A DNA stretch of 64,000 nucleotides, taken from NCBI GenBank assembly GCA_965209035.1, contig OZ242372.1, forward strand, positions 1,600,001 to 1,664,000, in the 5' to 3' direction. The stretch is from Gammaproteobacteria bacterium (GTDB taxonomy: Bacteria > Pseudomonadota > Gammaproteobacteria > CBDBNL01 > JAAOII01). Under the pieces are notes generated by a model. It ran no database searches, was not told the DNA's origin, and was given only the letters and a program-made list of their open reading frames with translations. The position numbers were made by a program, and so were the translations under genes. Below, one piece after another: positions 28,649-39,389 of the stretch (positions are counted from its first letter, which is position 1; each line of letters starts with the position of its first letter).

Positions 28649-29728
28649 CTAAGAAGTCGTTTTGCGAATGAAGGGAGGCCGCACGATGTCCGCGGCCCGC
28701 ATGCTTCCCCGGATGTCCGCCCGGCAAGAGGTTGCCGCGCGCGGCACTCGTGCCAGGGCGACGGAGTAACCGAGCATCGGTGAAAATCCTCCGCTGGTAA
28801 TGATTCCATCGCCGGCATCCGTTTCAACGCGCATGCCGCCGCGCATGATGCCGCCGCGCAGAGTTAGCCCGATCAGTTTCACAGTGGCGGGAGATTTCTG
28901 CTTTAATGCCTCTCTGCCAATGAAGTTGCGCTCGGCATCTTCGGTATGCACAGTCCATTTGTGTGATGATTCCATGGGGGTATGCCGCTCGTCCAGATCC
29001 TGACCGTAAAGAGCCATACCGTACTCCAAACGCAGCGTGTCGCGTGCCCCCAATCCGCAAGGTCGCACAGCCGCCGCTTTCAACAGATCCCATATCCGCA
29101 TGCCGTGTTGCGCGTCGGTAATCAGTTCGTAACCGTCTTCGCCGGTATAACCGGTGCGGGCGATGCACAGGGCATCCTTTTCGGCGAAATGAAATCGGGG
29201 AATATCCGGCAGATTCAAGGCAGCATACTCGGGCATATGTTCGGACAGAGTTGTATGCAGAATTTGGACGGCTTTCGGTCCTTGCACCGCAAGTATGACG
29301 CGATCGGAGCAACGCCGCACACTGACATCATAATTTTTGGCAACAAGATGCATCCAATTCAAGTCTTTTTCGGCGGTTGCCGCATTCACGATGGCACGAT
29401 AGGCGCAGTCGCTTTTTTTGTAAACTATCAAATCGTCAATCACTCCGCCGTCTTCGTTGAGCATGCATGTATACAGCCCGGCATGGTTCGTGAGTCGGCG
29501 GACATCTCCGCAAAGTAATATTCTGAGAAACTCTGTCACATCCTTTCCTTCAATCCGCAGGGCCGCCATATGGGACACATCAAACATACCCGCGTGCTCG
29601 CGCACGGCCTTGTGTTCTTCCAACTGAGAGCCGTAATGCAGCGGCATATCCCAGCCGGCAAAATCCGTCATCTTGGCGTTCGCCGCGATGTGAGATTCAA
29701 ACAAAGGAGTTCGTTTTAACAATTTCAT
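28649..29728 (-). CDS. gcvT: Aminomethyltransferase, T protein
   Basis: Motifs FAGWDMP, FDVSHM, RTGYTGEDGYE and GLGARDTLRLE. Confidence 0.97.
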   Translation of the reverse strand: MKLLKRTPLFESHIAANAKMTDFAGWDMPLHYGSQLEEHKAVREHAGMFDVSHMAALRIEGKDVTEFLRILLCGDVRRLTNHAGLYTCMLNEDGGVIDDLIVYKKSDCAYRAIVNAATAEKDLNWMHLVAKNYDVSVRRCSDRVILAVQGPKAVQILHTTLSEHMPEYAALNLPDIPRFHFAEKDALCIARTGYTGEDGYELITDAQHGMRIWDLLKAAAVRPCGLGARDTLRLEYGMALYGQDLDERHTPMESSHKWTVHTEDAERNFIGREALKQKSPATVKLIGLTLRGGIMRGGMRVETDAGDGIITSGGFSPMLGYSVALARVPRAATSCRADIRGSMRAADIVRPPFIRKTTS

Positions 29729-29746
29729 TTTGTTTATTTTACTGCA

Positions 29747-30886
29747 TTATTTGTTGATTTTTTGCGTTAAGGACTCGGATCGTCCGGGAGAAGAATCCGC
29801 CACAATTCTTCTTGTGGGATAAGCAAACTCCGCGCCGTGCTTGCGGACGATGTGCGCCACTTTGAAGAGGATCTCTTCCTTGATTCTGTGAAACTCGGTC
29901 CAATCCGTGGCGGGAGTGACCACCGCAACAAAAAAGATCAACGCCGATTCGCCGTATTCGTCAAAGCGAACAACCCAATTTTCTTTGGTATCCGTGCGTT
30001 GATGCTTGTCTATCGCGACACGAATGTCTTCCAGTATGCCCGGCAGTTTATCCAGATCTTCGTAACGAACGCCAAATCGCTCGTTGAACCGTCTGTGTGT
30101 CATTCTTTGCGGATTTTCCAAATAATGATTCATAAACAGCGCATTGGGCACATAAACGGGACGCCGTTCAAAGTTGCGTATTTTTGTGACTCGCCAATTA
30201 ATTTCTTCCACAACGCCTTCCAATTCGAGAGAGGGGCAACGAATCCAATCGCCCACCACAAAAGGGCGGTCCCAAAATATGAATAGCCCCGAAAGAAAAT
30301 TGGCAACCGTTTCGCGCACGGCAAGACCGACAATGATGCCGCTGATGCCGCCAAAAGCGAGCAGAGCGGAAATGGAAACACCGAGCATACTCATCAGGGT
30401 CAAAGCGAAGACCGCAATAATAGAGGCACGCAGAAACTTGGACATGAATAACAGGGTGGGCAGATCAAAAAAGCCGGGTAAAACGGGAACACCGCTTTTT
30501 CTGAGATGCTCGGGCGTTTGCCGTGCTTTTGTCAGAAATGTTTCCAGTCTGTTGGCAAATCCGAGACAGAACCAGAGAACACCGCCCAGGAAAACATAAG
30601 GTAAAAACTTTTCCGACATCCCGAGGACAGGAATGAACGCGGACATCGGGCCGCTCAGAAACAGGAAGAAAGCCGCAAGGAGTAGAACCGCATAAACAGG
30701 CCATCGGAGGGCTTGTATCGTCAAGTCATCCAGGATGGTGGCAGTTTTCGATGCCCCTTTTATCAGGAGTTTGTAGATCAGATGCCAACCGAACAGGGCA
30801 ACAACCAGTCCGATCAAAATCATCACGGACTCCGCCCGGCTGTTTGAAAGTAACACTTCCCAATCAAAAGAATCAAAAGAGAGCAT
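29747..30886 (-). CDS. Small-conductance mechanosensitive channel (MscS family)
   Basis: Motifs LAFGGISGIIVGLA, DRPFVVGDWI, EGVVEEI and VPNALF. Confidence 0.92.
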   Translation of the reverse strand: MLSFDSFDWEVLLSNSRAESVMILIGLVVALFGWHLIYKLLIKGASKTATILDDLTIQALRWPVYAVLLLAAFFLFLSGPMSAFIPVLGMSEKFLPYVFLGGVLWFCLGFANRLETFLTKARQTPEHLRKSGVPVLPGFFDLPTLLFMSKFLRASIIAVFALTLMSMLGVSISALLAFGGISGIIVGLAVRETVANFLSGLFIFWDRPFVVGDWIRCPSLELEGVVEEINWRVTKIRNFERRPVYVPNALFMNHYLENPQRMTHRRFNERFGVRYEDLDKLPGILEDIRVAIDKHQRTDTKENWVVRFDEYGESALIFFVAVVTPATDWTEFHRIKEEILFKVAHIVRKHGAEFAYPTRRIVADSSPGRSESLTQKINK

Positions 30887-30914
30887 CGGACTATGGACTG
30901 GGCTGGACTACGGA

Positions 30915-32123
30915 CTACCTGACAATTAAACGGGCAACACGATGCTTGCCGACCTGGGCAATATGGTATTCGCCTTTTTTTAGCCGGAAGTCTTTGTCGG
31001 TGATACGCTTTCCGTCGAGCCGCACCGCACCGGCTCGGATCAGACGCATGGCATCGCTGGTGCCGGCTGCCAACGCGGCATCGCGCAGCGCATTGGGCAA
31101 AGCCAGGGTATTGCTTTCGTCCGTTTGGACTTCCCGTTCGGGCAGGTCTTCCGGCAGAATGCCGCGGCTAAACCTGTTCACAAATTCCCGTTCCGCCTCT
31201 TCCGCCGATTGTTTGTCGTGCAACATCGCGAGAATCTTTTTTGCCAAAAGCAGTTTGATGTCCCGCGGGTTTTTGCCACGTTCGGTTTCTTCTTGCATTG
31301 TCCGCAGTTCTTCGGCGGAACAAAGGCTTAAAAGTTTCCAGTATCTCCACATCAGGGTATCCGTCAGGGACATGACCTTGCCGAACATATCGCTCGGGGA
31401 GTCGTTGAAAGCGATGTAATTTTTTAACGACTTGGACATTTTCTTAACGCCGTCCAGTCCTTCCAACAAAGGGAGTGTCATCGCAATTTGCTCTTTTTGT
31501 CCGTATTCGCGCTGAATGCGGCGTCCCGCCAAAAGATTAAAGGTTTGATCCGTGCCGCCCAATTCCACATCGGCCGCCAAGGCGACGGAGTCGTATGCTT
31601 GCATGAGCGGATACAGAAACTCATGCAACGCAATGGCATCGCCGCCGGCATAGCGCGTTGCAAAGTCTTCTCTTTCCAACAGGCGGGCGACAGTGTAGGC
31701 GGACATTAACTTGATCATCTCTTGCGGCTTAAGTTTGTCCGACCACTCGGAGTTGTAGCGTATTTGGGTATTGTGTTTGTCCAGAATGCGATATACTTGA
31801 AGGGCGTAGGTGCGGGCGTTGTCCGCCACTTCTTCGGCAGTCAGAGGAGGGCGTGTTTGGCTTTTACCGCTGGGGTCTCCTATGCGCGCCGTAAAGTCCC
31901 CCACCAAAAAAATAATCGTATGCCCAAACTCCTGGAACTGTTTGAGTTTGTTTAACTGCACCAGATGCCCCAGATGCAGATCCGGTGCCGTGGGGTCAAA
32001 GCCGATCTTAACTCTTAAACTCTTCTTTTTTTGTAACGCGGCCGCCAGTTCCTCTCGGCTGATAACCTGCTCGCAACCCGAGCACAGAACATCCAACTGC
32101 TTTTTGACGGTATCGCTAAGCAT
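30915..32123 (-). CDS. tyrS: Tyrosine--tRNA ligase
   Basis: Motifs GFDPTAPDLHLGH, GGTDQTFN and KMSKS, with a C-terminal S4-like domain. Confidence 0.98.
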   Translation of the reverse strand: MLSDTVKKQLDVLCSGCEQVISREELAAALQKKKSLRVKIGFDPTAPDLHLGHLVQLNKLKQFQEFGHTIIFLVGDFTARIGDPSGKSQTRPPLTAEEVADNARTYALQVYRILDKHNTQIRYNSEWSDKLKPQEMIKLMSAYTVARLLEREDFATRYAGGDAIALHEFLYPLMQAYDSVALAADVELGGTDQTFNLLAGRRIQREYGQKEQIAMTLPLLEGLDGVKKMSKSLKNYIAFNDSPSDMFGKVMSLTDTLMWRYWKLLSLCSAEELRTMQEETERGKNPRDIKLLLAKKILAMLHDKQSAEEAEREFVNRFSRGILPEDLPEREVQTDESNTLALPNALRDAALAAGTSDAMRLIRAGAVRLDGKRITDKDFRLKKGEYHIAQVGKHRVARLIVR

Positions 32124-33354
32124 GCGCTTCCCCGATTCTCATTTTTTCCAAGACCGGGTTGGCATAAATGCGCAAATAGTCTTTTAGATATTCTTGATCC
32201 ACTTTCCGCCTGATACGTTTTTGCAAATAGGGGCAAGCAATTTTCCCGATGTTAAAAAATTGTTTTGCTTTCTTAAAAGTTCCGACCGAAATCTCGCCCA
32301 TTTCGGTTAAGCGTTTCAGAGCATAAAAATGCGAATTAAACAGAACATAGTTGCCGATGATCTGTCGGTCCAATTCTTTAATGATGTCTCCCAAGGTGGC
32401 GTCGGCGGCCGGTCTTAATACCTTGCCGATGTTGATACGAATTTTGCCCTTGTAGCCGGAGATGCCCGCCGCCATTTCGGTCAGATGGGTTCTGTTGTCA
32501 ACTTGGCCCCTCTCGGCGCCGTTTTTATTTTCCGAACGGCGTTGGCAGAGTTCGCGCGCCTTGTAGATATCGCAGGGATCATACTGGTAACTGATGGAAA
32601 CCGGGCGTATGTTCAGAGACCGCAAGGCTTCGGCCGGTGAAAGTTGTTTTTCGACCGCCAACATCAGCATCTTAATGACCGCGGCTTCGGTCTTATCCCG
32701 GCTGTCTTTTGCCCGCCCCTCGCGTTGTGCCAGCCAGACATTCTCTTTTTCACGTATGGCGGCGCGAATGAACTCGGACAGGGTTTTCATTTCCCGGTAA
32801 ATGATCTTGGGAGACCCTGCGGAGCGTCGGACAATGAAACTGCGATTGAGTTTCATCACATCCGTGGCATACTCGTTTTGCAACAAATTATCTCCTATGC
32901 CGATCATACAGATCGGTTGATGTTGGGTGTAAAAAGCATAAGAAATCAAAGCCGGGTCCACCGAGATATCGCGATGATTGGATAACAGCAAGCAGCCTTC
33001 GCCGTCTTTGCCGGGCGGCTGTTTCCACTTACAGACAATGCCCGCGGAAGAGTTTTGGAGCATCCGAAAAAAGAACCAGCCGATGACGCGCACTTGAAAA
33101 TCGCGAATGGTGCGGACATTGCGTAACCTGGCGGAAAGAAACTTGTGGCAGAAGAAGGTAACCCATCCCGGAAAACAACGATAAAGCCTCGGAAAAGCAA
33201 AGCGGGCGACCGCGGAAAAAACGGCACGCACCTTGAGTAATCTGTTAATCACCGCCGGGCATTCGGCATCCGTATAGGGACGAATGTCGGCAAACCGGGC
33301 ATCCGTCGTTCCGTATTCGGCGGGCTTGCCGGCAGGATTATTCGCCTTTTCCAT
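32116..33354 (-). CDS. Glycerol-3-phosphate/phospholipid acyltransferase family protein
   Basis: Motifs [33 protein letters not shown] and [10 protein letters not shown]. Start approximate. Confidence 0.85.
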   Translation of the reverse strand: MEKANNPAGKPAEYGTTDARFADIRPYTDAECPAVINRLLKVRAVFSAVARFAFPRLYRCFPGWVTFFCHKFLSARLRNVRTIRDFQVRVIGWFFFRMLQNSSAGIVCKWKQPPGKDGEGCLLLSNHRDISVDPALISYAFYTQHQPICMIGIGDNLLQNEYATDVMKLNRSFIVRRSAGSPKIIYREMKTLSEFIRAAIREKENVWLAQREGRAKDSRDKTEAAVIKMLMLAVEKQLSPAEALRSLNIRPVSISYQYDPCDIYKARELCQRRSENKNGAERGQVDNRTHLTEMAAGISGYKGKIRINIGKVLRPAADATLGDIIKELDRQIIGNYVLFNSHFYALKRLTEMGEISVGTFKKAKQFFNIGKIACPYLQKRIRRKVDQEYLKDYLRIYANPVLEKMRIGEAHA

Positions 33355-36106
33355 GACAATTCTTGTATTTTTTGCCGGAACCGCACGGGCAGGGCGCATT
33401 GCGACCTACCTTGGGTGTGTTGCGAACATAGGTGCCGGTGCGTCGCGGCGGTTGCGGAGCATTGTTTTGTTCCGTGGCAAACCCGGAAACCGTATCATGC
33501 CGTTCCGTGATTTTCTGTTGTGGCTCTCCCGCTCCGGCGGAGGGGGCCGAGGATTGTTGTGCCACAAACACGGGGTCGCCTTTCTCGGATTTTTCCATAC
33601 GGATGTTGAACAGGATGCGCAGAGTATCCGTCCTAATGCGCTCAAGCAGACGCTCAAAGCCGATATAGGCTTCTTTTTTATACTCTTCTTTGGGGTTGCG
33701 TTGCGCGTAGCCGCGCAAATGAATTCCTTGCCGAATATATTCCATCGTCTGCAGGTGCTCGCGCCACAGGCTGTCTGTGACTTGCAACATCACTTGCCGT
33801 TCCAAGTCATTGAGCATGTTCGGCTCCATTTGCTCGTATTTTTCCCGATAGACATCGTAAATCTTTGCGGGCAAGATTTTGGCGAGTTGCTCCGTCGACT
33901 TGTCGTTTAACGCCGGATGCTGTGTCAGGTCAAACCGGAAGTTTTGATGCAGATGTTCGCGCAGCCGTTCCCGTGTTTCATCGTCCGTGATTTCCGGTTG
34001 CTCCGGCACAAACATCAGGGTTTGATCATGCACCGCTTCGGTGATGTTGCCTTTTATGACTTCGCTCATGTCCGTTATCCCGAGCAGTTCTTCCCGTTGT
34101 TTGTAAATGACAAGGCGTTGGCTGTTTGCCACATCGTCGTATTCCAACAGTTGTTTGCGTATGTCAAAGTTTCTCCCTTCCACCTTGCGTTGGGCACGCT
34201 CCACGGCTTTTGTGACCATTCGGTGTTCAATGGGTTCTCCTTTGGGCAAACCCAAGGACCGCATCATGTTCACCACCCGTTCGGAAGCGAAGATGCGCAT
34301 CAGATCGTCTTCCATGCTCAGGTAAAAACGACTGGACCCCGGGTCGCCTTGGCGGCCCGACCGACCGCGTAACTGGTTGTCTATGCGTCGCGATTCGTGA
34401 CGCTCGCTGCCGATGATATGTAACCCGCCGAGACGGATGACCTGATCGTGTCTTTTTTGCCAATCTTCTTTGACGGATTGGCGTTTGCTTTCGGCGGCAG
34501 CTGCGGGCAGTTGTGACAGATCCCGTTCCAGTAGCGACAGCTCCCGTTCGATGTTTCCGCCAAGGACAATGTCGGTGCCGCGTCCCGCCATGTTCGTGGC
34601 GATGGTCACTCGGCCGGGCATTCCCGCCCCGGCGATGATATCCGCTTCGCGCTCGTGGTTTTTGGCATTAAGGACCTCGTGCGGGATCTGTTTGCGCCGT
34701 AAATAATCCGAGAGGCGTTCGGAAGCATTCACCGATGCCGTGCCGACGAGGACCGGCTGCTGCTTGGCGATGCATTCGCCAATGTCCGCAACCATAGCAT
34801 CGTATTTTTCCGGTTCGGTCATAAAAATCAGATCATTCCGATCCGCGCGAACCATCGGTTTGTGCGTCGGCGCCACCACAACTTCCAAATCGTAGATCTG
34901 CCGAAACTCATAGGCTTCGGTATCCGCCGTGCCGGTCATACCCGCAAGAATATCGTAAAGACGAAAGTAATTCTGAAAGGTGATGCTTGCCAGAGTCCGG
35001 TTTTCACGCTGAATTTCCAATCCTTCTTTTGCTTCCACCGCCTGGTGAATGCCCTCGGACCATCTTCGCCCGGGCAACGCCCGACCGGTGTGTTCGTCCA
35101 CTATGACAACCTGACCGTTCTGCACCAGATAGGCAACATCGCGCTTGTAAAGATGATGCGCTTTCAGAGCCGCTTGCACATGATGCAACAGGTAAAGTGC
35201 CGAACTGCCGTAGAGGCTTTCGCCTGCTTTGAGAAGGTCGGCTGCCGTGAGCAGTCTTTCCATTTTGTCGTGCCCGGCATCGGTTAATTCTATGGTATTG
35301 TTTTTTTCGTCCGTAAAAAAGTCACCTTCTTCCAGCACCTCGTTTGCTTCGTTGCGTTTTGCCGGTTTCATCTCGGGAATGAGGCGGTTTATTTTTTGGT
35401 AGACTTCCCGGCTTTCGCTACGCGGTCCCGAAATGATCAAGGGTGTGCGTGCTTCGTCAATGAGTATGGAATCCACCTCATCCACGATCGCATAATAGGT
35501 GTTACGCTGCGCCCGCTGCTCCGGCCGAGTTGCCAGATTATCCCGCAGATAATCAAAACCGAACTCGTTGTTTGTGCCATAGGTGATGTCGGCCGCATAG
35601 GCGTCTCTCTTTTCCTCGTGTGTTTGACCGGAATGTACCACGCCCACACTGAGACCGAGAGGCCGGTAAAGACGTCCCATCCATTCGGCATCTCGCTTGG
35701 CGAGGTAATCGTTCACTGTGACGATATGCACTCCCCGGTCGGTCAGAGCGTGCAAATAGGCGGGCAGGGTGGCCACCAGCGTCTTGCCTTCGCCTGTGCG
35801 CATTTCGGCAATTCTGCCTTCGTGCAGAATTAACCCGCCAAGCAACTGCACATCAAAATGCCGCATATTTAAGTGGCGTTTGCCGCCTTCGCGCACCGTG
35901 GCAAATGCCCGCGGCAACAGACTGTCCAAACTTGCCCCCTGCATGTGTTCTGCGCGCAGTTTGGCAAACTGCCCGGCAAGATCTTCGTCACTCAGACGGG
36001 CAATCTCATCCTCAAGTTGATTGATTTGGATCACCTGCGAACGCATTTTCTTAAGAATGCGTTCGTTATGCGAACCAAATACGGATTTTAGTAAATTGTC
36101 AAACAT
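33338..36106 (-). CDS. secA: Preprotein translocase ATPase SecA
   Basis: Motifs [37 protein letters not shown] and [23 protein letters not shown]. Confidence 0.99.
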   Translation of the reverse strand: MFDNLLKSVFGSHNERILKKMRSQVIQINQLEDEIARLSDEDLAGQFAKLRAEHMQGASLDSLLPRAFATVREGGKRHLNMRHFDVQLLGGLILHEGRIAEMRTGEGKTLVATLPAYLHALTDRGVHIVTVNDYLAKRDAEWMGRLYRPLGLSVGVVHSGQTHEEKRDAYAADITYGTNNEFGFDYLRDNLATRPEQRAQRNTYYAIVDEVDSILIDEARTPLIISGPRSESREVYQKINRLIPEMKPAKRNEANEVLEEGDFFTDEKNNTIELTDAGHDKMERLLTAADLLKAGESLYGSSALYLLHHVQAALKAHHLYKRDVAYLVQNGQVVIVDEHTGRALPGRRWSEGIHQAVEAKEGLEIQRENRTLASITFQNYFRLYDILAGMTGTADTEAYEFRQIYDLEVVVAPTHKPMVRADRNDLIFMTEPEKYDAMVADIGECIAKQQPVLVGTASVNASERLSDYLRRKQIPHEVLNAKNHEREADIIAGAGMPGRVTIATNMAGRGTDIVLGGNIERELSLLERDLSQLPAAAAESKRQSVKEDWQKRHDQVIRLGGLHIIGSERHESRRIDNQLRGRSGRQGDPGSSRFYLSMEDDLMRIFASERVVNMMRSLGLPKGEPIEHRMVTKAVERAQRKVEGRNFDIRKQLLEYDDVANSQRLVIYKQREELLGITDMSEVIKGNITEAVHDQTLMFVPEQPEITDDETRERLREHLHQNFRFDLTQHPALNDKSTEQLAKILPAKIYDVYREKYEQMEPNMLNDLERQVMLQVTDSLWREHLQTMEYIRQGIHLRGYAQRNPKEEYKKEAYIGFERLLERIRTDTLRILFNIRMEKSEKGDPVFVAQQSSAPSAGAGEPQQKITERHDTVSGFATEQNNAPQPPRRTGTYVRNTPKVGRNAPCPCGSGKKYKNCHGKGE

Positions 36107-36361
36107 ATGAATCGTAATGATATAAAAAATACTCGCCCGGTACACTAAAGAAGCACATTAAAGAAAGAAGCACACTGAACCGGCACCCGAGAAAGTATTT
36201 GCTTTTATTTTATCAAAAAGCAAGGTTTTAAAAACAAGAAGAGACGCCCGTTTCGCATTAATCCTGTCTCCGACTGCCAATACCGGACAGAAAGCGAGAT
36301 GTCAGTGAGTTGTTTCTTTTACGGCGTCCCCGGAAATATTATGATTAAAAGCTCTTGATTG

Positions 36362-36859
36362 TTAATCGTCGGCCAAACGCTTTGCTAAGTTTGTAATGGT
36401 GCGGGGTATTCCTTGAAAAGTAATGACAGCCGCCGCCAACAAAATAAAAGGGAGTGTGGAAATGATAACATCATCAATATTCTGTGAGTCCAACTTAATG
36501 ATGTTCCAAGATTCGGGCAAATAGCCCATGACGATGGATGATGAATAATAAAAAAGAAAAGAGATCACGACTAAATGAAAAAAGAAGGCAACCGCTATTC
36601 GTAACCAGTGAGTCCAACTTTGAACTACGATGTTTCGCCTTGTCGTCAGTTGCTTTTGTAATATATCAATGTCCTTGAATTCTTTATCTGATAATTGTTG
36701 ATTTGAAAGTTGTCCTCTTTTTTCTGCCAATTTTTGATCAGGGTCATAGGGAAGTAGTTTGTTTGTTCCCGACCGGTTGTTTCGGAGTGATTTTCTTAAA
36801 CCTGTAAAACTTTTGGGTTGCCCCGGTAATTCGCCTTGCTTTGGCCGCTTTGACATCAC
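36362..36859 (-). CDS. Hypothetical 2-TM protein; candidate toxin of the Panacea antitoxin
   Basis: 165-aa ORF starting 15 bp downstream of the antitoxin gene, with two C-terminal hydrophobic helices. Confidence 0.6.
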   Translation of the reverse strand: MMSKRPKQGELPGQPKSFTGLRKSLRNNRSGTNKLLPYDPDQKLAEKRGQLSNQQLSDKEFKDIDILQKQLTTRRNIVVQSWTHWLRIAVAFFFHLVVISFLFYYSSSIVMGYLPESWNIIKLDSQNIDDVIISTLPFILLAAAVITFQGIPRTITNLAKRLADD

Positions 36860-36874
36860 CGGTTTTAGAGTGAA

Positions 36875-37408
36875 TTATTCGGAGATGCCATCTTCTTGCT
36901 CTTCTCGCTCTTGTTGCTCAAGTTTCTTTTGCCAACGACTGCCATAGTATTCTTTCATAACATCATCATCAACAATAGCGGACTTCAAGTTCACTTGTTC
37001 CCAGGGGCTTCCCGGTGCATGACATATATCGGACAACTTGATGCCTTTATATTCTTTGTAATCTTCCCAGACAGCATCCAACAGGACTTGAATTTCTTCC
37101 GGGAACTTGAGGTCTTCATCATAATAGCTCGCGAACCAATTTGTCGGCACCTCGTTTGTTGAGGTATTCTTAACGGAATAATACAGTTTTCTTATGACAG
37201 GACCATAAGGCCAGGCTTCTATCTGCTCTTTGATTAAGGGTTCGTTATAGACACCCAAGCACCAGCCGTGTGCCAGGTACACCAACTTGAGCACCTGCAA
37301 TCTGTCGAGAGACTTCCCTTCCTGTCTTGCTTTGGTAAGCATATAGGTCGCGATTTCTCGGCTGTCATAAAGACCATCGCGGCGAACCTTATCTTTTTTG
37401 TTTTTCAT
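36875..37408 (-). CDS. Panacea/SocA (DUF4065) antitoxin, copy 1
   Basis: Motifs LQVLKLVYLAHGW, EAWPYGPV and LSDICHAPGSPW. Confidence 0.92.
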   Translation of the reverse strand: MKNKKDKVRRDGLYDSREIATYMLTKARQEGKSLDRLQVLKLVYLAHGWCLGVYNEPLIKEQIEAWPYGPVIRKLYYSVKNTSTNEVPTNWFASYYDEDLKFPEEIQVLLDAVWEDYKEYKGIKLSDICHAPGSPWEQVNLKSAIVDDDVMKEYYGSRWQKKLEQQEREEQEDGISE

Positions 37409-37420
37409 CGCTTCTTTTAA

Positions 37421-37674
37421 TTGTATACTGATATTATAAAGTTTAAACTTAATATTTCAACAGCCGGGTTATTTATTCTTTCCTTTGTCCAATCTGTGAC
37501 TCATTACGAAGCGAGATTTTTGCCAATCCTTAAAAGACGGACGGGCTTGCATTTTGAACCCCACCTCTTTTTTAGCAATGACCAACGCAAACTGGTTTAC
37601 CAGCCGATTACCCGGGCGGGAAGCAGCAGTATTCTTTCCTACATGCCCGGGCGAAAAACAATAAAAGAGCAAAT
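37421..37674 (+). pseudogene. Truncated, internally deleted copy of the sulfotransferase 5' region
   Basis: Matches 38262-38686 minus 171 bp. Confidence 0.8.
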
Positions 37675-37713
37675 TTGCTTTGGCCGCTTTGACATCACCG
37701 GTTTTAGAGTGAA

Positions 37714-38250
37714 TTACTCGGAGATACCATCTTCTCGCTCTTGTGACTCAAGTTTCTTTTGCCAACGACTGCCATAGTATTCTTTCATAACATCATCATC
37801 AACAATAGCGGACTTCAAGTTCACTTGTTCCCAGGGGCTTCCCGGTGCATGACATATATCGGACAACTTGATGCCTTTATATTCTTTGTAATCTTCCCAG
37901 ACAGCATCCAACAGGACTTGAATTTCTTCCGGGAACTTGAGGTCTTCATCATAATAACTCGCGAACCAATTTGTCGGCACCTCGTTTGTTGGGGTATTCT
38001 TAACGGAATAATACAGTTTTCTTATGGTAGGACCATAAGGCCAGGCTTCTATCTGCTCTTTGATTAAGGGTTCGTCATAGACACCCAAGCACCAGCCGTG
38101 TGCCAGGTACACCAACTTGAGCACCTGCAATCTGTCGAGAGACTTCCCTTCCTGTCTTGCTTTGGTAAGCATATAGGTCGCGATCTCTTGGCTTTCATAA
38201 AGACCGGCACGGCGAACCTTATCTTTTTTATTTTTCATCGCTTTTTTCAT
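37714..38250 (-). CDS. Panacea/SocA (DUF4065) antitoxin, copy 2
   Basis: Same motifs as copy 1, with about 6 internal substitutions and altered termini. Confidence 0.92.
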   Translation of the reverse strand: MKKAMKNKKDKVRRAGLYESQEIATYMLTKARQEGKSLDRLQVLKLVYLAHGWCLGVYDEPLIKEQIEAWPYGPTIRKLYYSVKNTPTNEVPTNWFASYYDEDLKFPEEIQVLLDAVWEDYKEYKGIKLSDICHAPGSPWEQVNLKSAIVDDDVMKEYYGSRWQKKLESQEREDGISE

Positions 38251-38441
38251 CTCTTCTTTAATTGTATACTGATATTATAAAGTTTAAACTTAATATTTCA
38301 ACAGCCGGGTTATTTATTCTTTCCTTTGTCCAATCTGTGACTCATTACGAAGCGAGATTTTTGCCAATCCTTAAAAGACGGACGGGCTTGCATTGCCTGC
38401 ATCTTTTGTGGCAGCAGGCCCGGGCTGCAACGAATAACAGA

Positions 38442-39218
38442 ATGTCCGCCATAAGGGTTTCGGCTTTCATTCTCGCCGGCTGCCCTCCTTTAATGGGTGG
38501 CGACAAGACGGAGAAGATCATCGCCGCCAACCGGCGATTGGCATTTTACCGGGCATTTCGTCATTTTGAACCCCATCTCTTTTTTAGCGATGACCAACGC
38601 AAACTGGTTTACCAGCCGATTACCCGGGCGGCAAGCAGCAGTATTCTTGCTTATATGTCCGGGCAAAAAACAATAAAAGATCAAATGGGTCAGCCGGGGG
38701 TTCGGGTGATAACGGAAAGAGATCTTCTGCGGCGCTATGTGTCCGAGGGCTATTTTATTTTTTCGTTCGTTCGCAACCCCTATTCCAGGTTGGTCTCTTT
38801 TTTCCGGCAGAAATACAAGTACGATGCCGACGACGGCTTTTACCATTCCACGGGGTTCAACGCAAGGGGCGGGTTGGAGAGGGTCCGCTCTTTTGCCGAC
38901 CTGGTGCGCAGAATAAGATATATTCCGGACAGCGTGATTGACCGGCATCTTCTGCCGCAAAGTCGGATCTTGTATCCGTTTCCCTATCACAAAGAGTTTG
39001 TGCATTATGTCGGCAAGACAGAGAATCTGCCCGCCGACTTTAAGAAAATACAAGCACACTATGGCAACGGCAACCGCCCGCTTGGAGTTCGGATTAACAG
39101 CACCGGCGCCGGGCCGGAAGCATGGCGGTCTTATTACAATCATCGCTTGGCGGATATGGTTTACAAAAGATACGCAAGTGACTTTGCCGAATTCGGTTAT
39201 AGTCGGCGGGTTCAATAA
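38442..39218 (+). CDS. Sulfotransferase family 2 protein
   Basis: ITRAASSS (5'PSB-like), FSFVRNPYSRLVSFF (3'PB), HLLPQ and YASDFAEFGY. Start uncertain (38442 or 38493). Confidence 0.85.
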   Translation: MSAIRVSAFILAGCPPLMGGDKTEKIIAANRRLAFYRAFRHFEPHLFFSDDQRKLVYQPITRAASSSILAYMSGQKTIKDQMGQPGVRVITERDLLRRYVSEGYFIFSFVRNPYSRLVSFFRQKYKYDADDGFYHSTGFNARGGLERVRSFADLVRRIRYIPDSVIDRHLLPQSRILYPFPYHKEFVHYVGKTENLPADFKKIQAHYGNGNRPLGVRINSTGAGPEAWRSYYNHRLADMVYKRYASDFAEFGYSRRVQ

Positions 39219-39389
39219 CAGCATTAATAGCACGCGCACCGCACAAGAATCATTCGGGACCGTTCGGTGCATCGGTTGTCCGGATAGGGCCGGATGAACC
39301 CGGATGGGCCTAGATGGGTATTGCACCCGGCACCGGTTGGAGGTGCTTGTTTGCTTGCTCGCTTGCTTGCTTGGATGCGTTTTGGGTTA

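Larger units (their letters stand above)
36836..38686 (+). repeat. Tandem duplication of about 1 kb (36836-37674 and 37675-38686)
   Basis: Near-identical units; unit 1 lacks 171 bp, deleted at a CATT microhomology. Confidence 0.93.

Noticed and set aside
29729-29746. Glycine riboswitch upstream of gcvT
   Set aside because: Only 18 bp separate mscS from gcvT. No riboswitch was recognised upstream of glyA either.
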